DNA of 59,405 nucleotides, filler included, from Pirum gemmata (Eukaryota): NCBI GenBank assembly GCA_002812295.1. It is 11 parts of 11 records of this genome, joined end to end, with 100 filler letters (N's around TTAATTAATTAA, not from the genome) between each part and the next. Parts side by side here need not be neighbours in the genome. Positions count along the whole stretch, not along the records: positions 48,627 to 53,922 come from PDIN01000609.1; positions 54,023 to 59,405 come from PDIN01000610.1; 9 more parts are not named here. One strand, 5' to 3'. Shown piece by piece: positions 50,004 to 59,405 of this stretch (position 1 is its first letter; each line of letters starts with the position of its first letter). The notes under the pieces were generated by a model. It saw only the letters and a program-made list of their open reading frames with translations, ran no database searches and was not told where the DNA came from. The position numbers and the translations under genes were made by a program.

Positions 50004-50126
50004 GGGCCAATTTCCGGTCAAGTACAGCTTCAAATACCCTTACCTACCTACCCCTTGACGTTAATTTCCGGTCAAATATCGCCTACCTACCTACCCCTTA
50101 ACGTGACGTATTATTTGAACGCTCCC
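50004..50126. mobile_element. Harbinger-like MITE C2 with TAA target duplication on both sides
   Basis: TAA-GGG...GAACGCTCCC-TAA (TAA at 50001-50003 and 50127-50129). A 3-bp TWA TSD with GGG termini is typical of PIF/Harbinger. Confidence 0.8.
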
Positions 50127-50323
50127 TAATATAAAAAAATAAATTTTAATATAAATATTATCGTTTAAAACATAATATAATTAAATTTTGTAAAATACTG
50201 TTATCACTATATTATGAACTACATTATGACATAGTATCATTATTATCATTGTTATTATCATATATATATATTTTTATGATACATAATAATATTATGATAT
50301 TAAATAAAAAAAACATTATTATT

Positions 50324-50360
<37 letters not shown>

Positions 50361-50699
50361 TTATTATGATATGATATCATAACATTTTAAAAATTTTTTT
50401 TAAAAAATTTTTTAAAATATATTATTTAAATATGACTATCGATAATTTCCAATAGTTTCTGGCTACTAGTAAAAGGTCCATTACAATTTTAACCAATAAT
50501 CTTCAATAATTCGCACTTTAATTCGCTCAGCATTTTTTTTTTTAAAAAAAAAAAAAAAANNNNNNNNNNNNNNNNNNNNNNNNNNNNNNNNNNNNNNNNN
50601 NNNNNNNNNNNNNNNNNNNNNNNNNNNNNNNNNNNNNNNNNNNNNNNNNNNNNNNNNNNNNNNNNNNNNNNNNNNNNNNNNNNNNNNNNNNNNNNNNNN

Positions 50700-50846
50700 A
50701 TTTGGAGGGTTATAATATTTAAATTGACATTTTTAAATCAATACATATATAATAAAATATACCAAATTAAATTAAATGAATTTATATTGTATTAATTTGG
50801 TACTGTTTATTATTTATCTTATGACGACAAAACAACTGAAAAGCAC
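50700..50846 (+). mobile_element. MITE family A, partial; further partial copies at ~37096-37280, ~39150-39245, ~41900-42024, ~52656-52786, ~53020-53180 and ~55740-55895
   Basis: Shared core AATATTTATTTGG...TATACCAAATTAAA...TGAAAAGCAC. Confidence 0.8.
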
Positions 50847-52333
50847 CATAGACTAGTCTATATCTACTAAGAGATCTGACCAAGCGCGAGACCAAGTTTT
50901 ATTTCTACAGCAGGTCTAAGTTACGTCTAACTAACAGCAGCAGACTTCGAAACTAAGTTTTCTTTTTTGAAGCCTTGTATTATGTCATAAAAAAAAAAAA
51001 AAGATAAGAATAATATGAATATGACTTAAAATGAATTAGACCTATAGACTCTAGCTAGACCCATTAAAAACCCTAACCCTAACCCTAAAGGTCCCTGTTA
51101 AACCCTAAGTTCCTAACTAACCCTAACCCACGACTATCCGTCCAGCTAGTCTAGCATCTAGCTAGTATAGTGCGTTTCATTTATTTTGTCACTCTTAATA
51201 TTTATTTGGTTGTTTATAACAAATTATTACAATAGACTAGTGCTCCTTCGGGAGTCCTTCCCCCCCTCCTACTTAGTCTAGTACTAGAGCTAGTGTTTCT
51301 CTCTAGTAGACTAGAGTGTTCTTTCTATGATATCTTAGATTCTCAGCTTAGAATAATACAGTTTTAAAACCCACCAACAATAATTATTATAAGATCTGGG
51401 TATCTATAGTCAGTTCTTTACTCACTACTAGTACTAGTCTAGCTAGCCAGGGATATTTTTATAAAACTTGTTTATAATAATTAAGCTTAATATAAAGTAT
51501 AATATGGGTTTGAAAAATGACACTGTGAGTCGATGACACATCTATTATTTATAAATATCGATATAATATATATATAATATACATAATATTAATACATACC
51601 ATTATTATACTAGTCTAGAAAATTAATTAGCTATAATATAACCTCCAGGTTATTTATATAAAGCTTGTTTAATTAATTAAGCTTAATATTATTATAAAGT
51701 ATGGGTTTTATAGGGTTAGGGTAGCTGTTAGGGTTAGGGTTAGGGTTACTGGGTTATGGTTTAGGATAAGGGCTAGCTAGGGTTTTAGGGTTAATTAAAG
51801 TTAAAGTTAGGTTTAGGGTTAGGGTTACTGGGTTAGGAACTAGCTAAGTCTATAGGGTTAGGATTAGGGTTTAATAGGGCACTGATAGGGTCTACAGGAG
51901 ACCAACGCAGTTAGTTTCACACACGATAACAGACCAGACCCACAAGGCCAACAACTCTTAGTTAGAGGCCCACAATCAGGCCCACAACCCCGGCCCACAG
52001 TTGAACCACACCAAGACACAAAAGTCTTGTTATTTAGATAATTATTGCTTGTTTGTCAAAGTTGTAGGCTTGTAGCTTCAACTTGTAGGAAGTAAGAATG
52101 AAGTATCGATAAGTAGACTGGTAGAAGTTCTGTGCAACTAGCTAGCTAGCTATAGCTCTAGATTCTTATTATTATCATAATATATTATCAAGATATCGAT
52201 AGTAAGGTAGTACTACTAGTAAGGTGCAGCTTAGGTGCTATGATAGAGTAGCTGCTAGAGTTCTGTGTAAAAGTTGTAGTAGTAGTAGTAGTAGGAGTAG
52301 GAGTAGTAGTAGTAGTAGTAGTAGTAGGAGTAG

Positions 52334-52375
<42 letters not shown>

Positions 52376-53797
52376 ACTATCAATAATTATTTCCAATAGT
52401 TTCTGGCAGTAGTTACAATCTGTTACTAACTAGCCAGGCAGTAGTAGTTAAAATTCTGGTATGGGGAATCGGATTATCGGTATTATAATATCATATTTTA
52501 AAAATTTTAATACTATAATAATATTTTATACTCTAATAATAGTACTCTAATAATAAAGAGATAAGCTATCAGGTTATAACTTATATCATAGATTTAAAAT
52601 AGATCATGAAACTTAGGTTCTCATACTGAGGGTTCTATTAATTAAAATGACATTGTGCTTTTCATTTATTTCGCCACTCCAAATATTTATTTGGTTGGTT
52701 ATGATATTTAAATTGACTTTTTTAAATGAATAAATAGATTATAAAATATACCAAATTAAATGAAATGGATTTATATTGTATTAGTTNNNNNNNNNNNNNN
52801 NNNNNNNNNNNNNNNNNNNNNNNNNNNNNNNNNNNNNNNNNNNNNNNNNNNNNNNNNNNNNNNNNNNNNNNNNNNNNTATCTAGTTCTAATAATATGCAT
52901 ATGATATTATCAAAACTTCTCATATCGAGGGTTCTCATTATGCATGAATCATGAATCATCATGATTAGTCTAATTCGATTTTTAATTAATTTCTATAATA
53001 TTTTAATATTATATATATAGCGCTTTTCATTTATTTTGTCACTCCTAGTTTGTCACTCCGAATATTTAAATTTATTTTGTTGGTTATAATTGTTTTAAAT
53101 GAATAAATGGATAATAAAGTATACCAAATTAAATGGAATGACTCTTTATTGTGTATTTTATGATGACAAGACAACTGAAGATAGGAATCATCCATAAAGA
53201 ACGATAAAGATTATTAAAGAACGTCACCTAATCTTACCTTACCTATGCCTCTTTGTCTAAAACACTTATGGTCATAATTTTATTAAAGTTCATTTTAATA
53301 CTATTTTAATAATTAATTACTGCCTAAAACAGTTTTTAAGTCACACTTCCGAGCAATACCTATCAAACTTTATATATACATATCAAAGAACAGCAGAGTA
53401 TAGACTCCCTGAGCCCCCTGAGTTCTGACTGTTCTACAGGACTGTTCTGAGCGTCTACGCTAGCTAGCTATCGATAGACTCAGATGATAGACTAGAACTA
53501 TTTACATAAATACCAGCATACCCATATATGGTAATAAAATAAACATATATAGTTTAACAGATCTTTTGGTCTTTTTTTGGAAATTATGTCTAGTTATAGA
53601 AATATCTGCGGGTCTAGAGTACTCTAGACAGAACGTCTCTAGCTAGTATCATAACTACTAGCTAGCTAGCTATTCATAGCTATATGATAATATATTATCA
53701 TCGTAGTCACTAGATCGTAGTTAGTAGCTAGCCAGCTAGTAACTAGCTAGCTATGATAGTAACTAGCTAGCAGGTAACTAGTCTAGCTAGCAGTTAA

Positions 53798-53922
53798 GGG
53801 TGCGTTCAATAATTACGTAACGCCGATTTGGGACAAAAACCTACCCTACTACCGAGCTATCACGTTTGAGAAGGACTACCTACCCCTTATGACGTAACGA
53901 TTTGGAAAAATAGTACCCTAAA
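53798..53922 (+). mobile_element. Harbinger-like MITE C1, truncated by contig end
   Basis: TAA-GGGTGCGTTCAATAATTACGTAACGCCG. Reverse-complement match to 16243-16356. Confidence 0.75.
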
Positions 53923-54098
53923 NNNNNNNNNNNNNNNNNNNNNNNNNNNNNNNNNNNNNNNNNNNNTTAATTAATTAANNNNNNNNNNNNNNNNNNNNNN
54001 NNNNNNNNNNNNNNNNNNNNNNTTATTATTAAGAATAGTAATCAAGAAGAAGAAAAAATTAAATATTATGATAAATTAAGAAGAACAGAGAGGAATAT

Positions 54099-54556
54099 TA
54101 TGTATTATCATCGAATATTAGGTCATCTAAGTATAAGAAGAATTAAATTAATGCTAGCTAGATAGCGAAATCACGAAAACGTGGTCTAATAAAAAAATTG
54201 AGTGTAATATTTGTAGGTGGTCAAAAATAAGAAAGAAAACAGTATAAGAAGAATTAAAAAAATTGAGTGTAATATTTGTAGGTGGTCAAAAATAAGAAAG
54301 AAAACAGCGAGGAGGAAAAAGAGCAAAAAATTAGCATGTAGTAAAGTAGGGGAAATCGAGGTATGGTTTTATTAAGTTTTTAAAAAGGAAAAGTGACTGT
54401 AGTGTAGAACTATTTGAAATATATAAACAATTCTTCGATAAAGGTATAAAAATTAAAGAATTTCTGAGTGTTATGGGGGGTGAGTTTGATTGTGAAGAGG
54501 TTGGTGAATTACACAGGAACATGGAGATTGAACACAAGTTCACACCTCCATATTCC
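54099..54556 (+). pseudogene. Ty1/copia integrase fragment (GAG-pre-integrase HHCC plus part of the catalytic core)
   Basis: YYHRILGHLSIRRIKLML, KIECNICRWSK and KSRYGFIKFLKRKSD...IKEFLS(V/D)MGGEF...IEHKFTPPYS match the copia WH.RLGH, C..C..K and SR...FLK.KS...SD.GGEF...I.H..T.PY motifs. Stops and rearrangements are present. Confidence 0.85.
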
Positions 54557-54889
54557 TGTGTAATTCACTAACCTCTTCCATATTCCTGTGTAATTCACTA
54601 ACCTCTTCACAATCAAACTCACCCCCCATATCACTCAGAAATTCTTTGATTTTTATACCTTTATCGAAGAATTGTTTATATATTTCAAATAGTTCTACAC
54701 TACAGTCATTTTTCCTTTTTAAAAACTTAATAAAACCATACCTCGATAACCTATCCTTAACTAATAGATAAAACTTTGCTCTTTTTCCTCCTCGCTGTTT
54801 TCTTTCTTATTTTTGACCACCTGCAAATATTACACTCAATTTTTTTAATTCTTCTTATACTTAGATGACCTAATTATTAATATTCGATG
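54108..54889. repeat. Large imperfect inverted repeat (fold-back) centred near 54536
   Basis: 54546-54889 is the reverse complement of 54108-54526, with a few substitutions, one non-matching ~28-bp block and short internal duplications. Confidence 0.92.
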
Positions 54890-55095
54890 GAGAGCTCTGA
54901 TGGAGAGCTTCCTAAGGAGAGCTTTAGTGGAGAGCTTACCTTCCTTACTTTCATATCTTTCGAGTCGGATCGATAAAGAAAAAGGTACCGAATCATATTC
55001 TACTACTACGATCGATATATTTTTTTGATTTTTTAAATTGGTCGAGTAATTTGAGTTGGGGTTTTCGGAACTGTTTTCGGCCAGGTAAAAAAAAT

Positions 55096-55341
55096 AACCC
55101 TAACCCTAACCCTAACCCTAACCCTAGCTAGCTAGCTAGCTACTAGAGCCCTAACCCTAACCCTAACCCTAACCATAACCCTAACCCTAACCCTAACCCT
55201 AACCCTAACCCTAACCCTAACCCTAACCCTAACCCTAACCCTAACCCTAACCCTAACCNNNNNNNNNNNNNNNNNNNNNNNNNNNNNNNNNNNNNCCCTA
55301 ACCCTAACCCTAACCCTAACCCTAACCCTAACCCTAACCCT
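55096..55341 (-). repeat. Internal (CCCTAA)n telomeric-type array containing an N gap
   Basis: Seen directly, with unique sequence on both sides within the scaffold. Confidence 0.9.
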
Positions 55342-56099
55342 AACCCTAACCCTAACCCTAAGGGCTTTTTCTCGTTTACCAAAATAGGAGTAGTTATCAA
55401 ATATAGAAAGCAAAGTTTATCTATTTTTGGAAACTAAATATCTAAAACTAGTACTAAAAATACATATTCCTTTATTTGAAAAGTAAATATTGGTCACAGA
55501 TATTGGTCAGATTATTAGACCTAGACTAGACCTAGCTACTAGAGAGATATGTCGTTACTAAGGTCTAAAAAAAATAAAAACGTCACGTCAAGGGGCTAGC
55601 GTCAAGGGGTAGGTAGGTAGGTGGTGTTTGACCGGAAATTAATGTTGAGGGGTAGGTAGGTAGGGGGTATTTGAAGCTGTATTTGACTGGAAATTGGCGT
55701 CGTTATGTAGTATTACTTACTATAGACTACATATAAATGTAAAATATAAAATAAAGAATGCCAAATTAAAACAATACAAACCCATTTTATTTAATCTGGT
55801 ATATTTTATTATCTATTTATTGATTTAAAAATGTCAATTTAAAGATTATAACCCTCCAAATAAATATTCCGAGTGATAAAATAAATGAAAAGTACGATAT
55901 CTTTTTCTTTCTTATGACATTAGTTTGTTTGTTGTTGGTTGAACTTTGTTGTTTGCTCTTAACTTTGCTGTTGGTTGTTGGTTGTTGGTTGTTGGTTGTT
56001 GGTCTTGTTGAACTTTGTTGTTTGCTCTTAAAACTTTGCTGTTGGTTGTTGGTTGTTGGTCTCATCAAACCTTAATTCAGTACTGTTTTACTGTAGAAT

Positions 56100-57017
56100 G
56101 GCACTTGATTGTAAAATATAACAAAACTTATAACATGCCTAATTAAGTAAAAAGTGTTCAATATAGTTACAATTTGGTACTTTATCTTTTCATTTCCGTT
56201 GTTCTTTTTGATCTTTACTTTGGCCTGGTTTAATAATGAGGTAGACCGTAGAATAGTACTATAGTAGTGCTCTTGGTTTTAAAATTATAAACTGAAACAC
56301 AACTTATATCGTACCAAATAAACTTATAACATGCCAAATTGTATTAAAACGTGTTTAATCTTATGAATATATTATAATAATACTTACCAAAATAGTTACA
56401 ATTTGGTACCTTTTATTTTTATTTTATTTCAGTTGCCCTTTCGATCTTTGATTTAATTTGGCAGGGTTTTAATGTAAATTGAGCTTTATTATAAAACTGG
56501 ATTATAAAATAAAAACACTTATAATTTGCCAAATTGATTAAAACGTGCCCAATAGTTAACAATTTGGCAAATTTTATTTCATTTTAGTAGTCCTTTCGAT
56601 CTTTAGTTCGGTAGTGTTTTAACACAAGAGCTAAAGCTGCCTCTTAGTTAGCTCCTGGGAGATGTAGGAAAAACCATCGAATCGAGACTAGTTCAAAACT
56701 TTCGAAATGTTTCGATTCTAATTTTAAGGATTGACTCACTTTTGATTTCATTATAAAAAAATTCTTGAACATTTAATTCGAACTATTTCTTAATTAGGAT
56801 CGAGCTGTTTGATTCGATTATGTTTTCCCGTGTCTCGGTGGTTTTAATATGTTTTTTACGTGTTTGAAACTCGGTATTAAAATGTTGAAGAAAAAAACTA
56901 ATTTCGTCCAATCTGCTGCTGTACTACAATAAATTGCGCCTGATTATGAAATAAAACACAACTTATAACATGCCAAATTAGATTAAAAGGTATCCAATAG
57001 ATACAATTTGGTACTTT
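56100..57017 (+). repeat. Degenerate ~200-bp repeat, about 4 copies, interrupted by a family F MITE
   Basis: ACTTATAACATGCCAAATT...ACAATTTGGTAC recurs at ~56126, 56322, 56517 and 56962. Confidence 0.7.
56658..56837 (+). mobile_element. ~180-bp MITE family F (GAGATGTAGGAAAAACCATCGAATC...GATTCGATTATGTTTTCCCGTGTCTC)
   Basis: Imperfect long TIRs and a second copy at 21655-22110. The superfamily is unresolved (possibly hAT-like). Confidence 0.7.
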
Positions 57018-57182
57018 TTATTCCATTTTTTCGAAGGGCATAAACGATTGTAACCACGTAATAGAAGGAGTGCAAGGAGAGTCGAGTCTTGGAATGGGAA
57101 CGAAATTTTTTTTTAAAAAAAAAATAAGCGATAAGTTTTTTATGTTAATTTTTTTTTTATCATAATAATAGCAATGTATTTC

Positions 57183-57250
<68 letters not shown>

Positions 57251-59170
57251 TAGATTTAGAGGAACCTTTTTTCTTTTTAATTTTTTTGGAAATACTATTT
57301 CTTCCAAAATTAACTTCTTTATCACTTAAATCGCTAGCACTACCACTAGTACTAGACCTATTTAAGCTCGAATCACTATTATTATTATTATTATTGTTAT
57401 TATTATTATTACGACTACGAGTACTACTACTAGTGCTACTATTGCAGCTACTTGTTTTACTAAGAAAAGAATTTGAAGATTTTTGTTTTGTATTTGTATT
57501 TGTACTATTATTATTACTTATTTTTCTGGAACTAGATTCCATTAAAGACGACGACCGTGGTTTTGACATCATGCTGCCAGCCCTACTTCGCCTACTACTT
57601 CCTTGTTCTATTAGCTGTTGTTTATGTCTGCTACCAACGGCCATACTACCTGCGCGTGCACGCATACCATGTTCTTCATTATCTAATAAACTATTTCTTT
57701 TTTTCACTATAATATCTGTTTCGGATAGATTGCTTTTATGCACAATTGATCGTTGTTGTCGTTGTGGTGATTGTGGTGGTGATGGTGGTGGTGATGGTGG
57801 TGGTGATGGTGGTGGTGATGGTGATAATTTTGGTGGTTGTGGTGGTTGTGTTGTCTGTGTTGTCTGTGTTGGTTGTATTGGTTGCTCTACTTTCTGAACG
57901 GACTTCTCTGCGGATATATTATTAGTAGAGGGTGGCTCAGAAGGGGTTGTTCTAGAAGGCGACTTTAACGTTGTACACATTTCTCCACTGCTTTTGTGAA
58001 CGATAGTAGCAGTAGTAGCAGTAATTGGAACAGCCAGAGACGAATCGAGATCAGGGTCGGGAGAAGAGGCAGGATTAGGTTTGAGTGGCGCAGAATCAGG
58101 CGCGGAATTGGGTACGGAAATGGGTGTGGAAATGGGTGTGGAATTGGGTGTGGAATTGGGTGCGGGATCGGGTGCGGGATCGGGTACTGGATTGGATACG
58201 GGATCGGGGGCCGGATCGGGGGCCGGATCGGGTGCCGGATCGGAATCGGGTGAAGGATCGGGTGCGGAATCGGGTGCGGAATCAGATGTGGAATCAGATG
58301 CGGAATCAGATATCGATACAGATGTAGTTGTATTATTAATGTTTGCGATAGGCGTTTTAAAAGTGGTGGTCTCACTCTATGTATATATTGTAATATTTAA
58401 GACAAACGATTAACATGAATTTTGCAAATTTTACGCCACACCACCCCATTGTAATGATAATGATAATAATAATTAAATTGATAATTAGAATCATAGAATA
58501 TTACAAAACAAATAATGAATAAAATAATAGAAGAGAATAAAATAAAAATAAAAATAAAAAATAAAATAAAATAAATGCTTTACCTGCGTTCGTTTCAGAG
58601 AATCGAGAGAAACTTTTGATAATCTTTTACTCACGCTGGCTATCACCATAGGAATGGGTTCAGAAATATAACTATTTTGAGAAGTATATTCGGAACTCGA
58701 ATTCGAATCCAGCGAGCTCAAGTCCACCGTTCCAGAGCTATTTTGACTGGTGATAAAACTACCACTCCCCCCACTACCATTACTATCCCTATCCCTATCC
58801 CTATTACTATAACTATACGAATTTCGAGAGGGACTGGATCCTTTACCTGTATTGTTTGACCCACCACTACTATTTAGTTGTGAAGCCATTGCTGCATTTA
58901 TATTATTAGGCGAGCTATTATTTCTAGTTCTATTACCCTTTTTAAACAAAGGGGAGTTCGTCCCACGTCTTTGGGCTTGGTTTGAGGCTACGGAATTACT
59001 CGATGATTGACGCCTAATAAGTCGTTCCGCAGGTAGGTCTTGACTAGATTCTTTGACATTTTTTATTGCATTTCGCATTTTTTCAATCCACTCCTGCATT
59101 TCTTCTTCATTAGGAAAATAGAATTGTAACGTTTTGCCGCGAACCTCGGGCTGTATTGTAAGTACTTTGT
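57018..59170 (-). CDS. 3' part of a multi-exon gene: C-terminal end of a PH domain followed by a long S/P/N-rich disordered tail; exons 59170-58584 and 58376 to ~57200 or 57018
   Basis: KVLTIQPEVRGKTLQFYFPNEEEMQEWIEKMRNAIK matches the last strands and Trp helix of a PH domain. The GT-AG intron 58583-58377 splices in frame through PDSA/PDPA repeats into the 57980 ORF. The 3' end is unreliable because of a long homopolymer. Confidence 0.75.
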
Positions 59171-59405
59171 CTACATATATATATATATATATATAGTTTG
59201 ATATATTAATTATTAATAACGATGATGATGATGATGATGATATTGATAATCATAATAATAATGATAAGGATAAGGATAAGGATAAGGATAAGGATAGGGT
59301 AAGGGTAAGGATAATGAATATGACAATAATGATGATAATGATAATGATAATGATAATGATAATGATAATGATAATTATAATGATAATTATAATTATAATG
59401 ATCAT

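Noticed and set aside
57176..57246. Poly-lysine C-terminal tract
   Set aside because: It derives from a long T homopolymer of unreliable length, so the true gene end is uncertain.

Overview
Very AT-rich eukaryotic nuclear DNA with GT-AG introns, CTAAC-type branch points and TTAGGG repeats. The taxon cannot be fixed from the sequence alone. The window is not one locus. It is about 11 unrelated ~5.3-kb contigs joined by an artificial 100-bp spacer (N44-TTAATTAATTAA-N44), so nothing can be linked across spacers. Genes I can support are: the first exon of an MFS (ZIF-like) transporter; an intronless secreted protein joining a beta/gamma-crystallin-like domain to a Cip1-like domain; a cytochrome b561 exon; a 4-exon pogo-like DDD transposase that splices in frame; the last two exons of a DHX33-like DEAH helicase (absent from the ORF track); a RimJ/RimL GNAT; a 2-exon cold-shock protein with a mitochondrial-type presequence; a secreted protein with a Cry/jellyfish-toxin-like segment; and a PH-domain low-complexity protein. 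The rest is dominated by at least six MITE or hairpin families, minisatellites, interstitial telomeric repeats and CTAG-rich scar-like DNA. There is also a ~780-bp fold-back palindrome built from a Ty1/copia integrase fragment. Most short ORFs in the supplied track are microsatellite artefacts. All family assignments come from motif recognition, not database searches.
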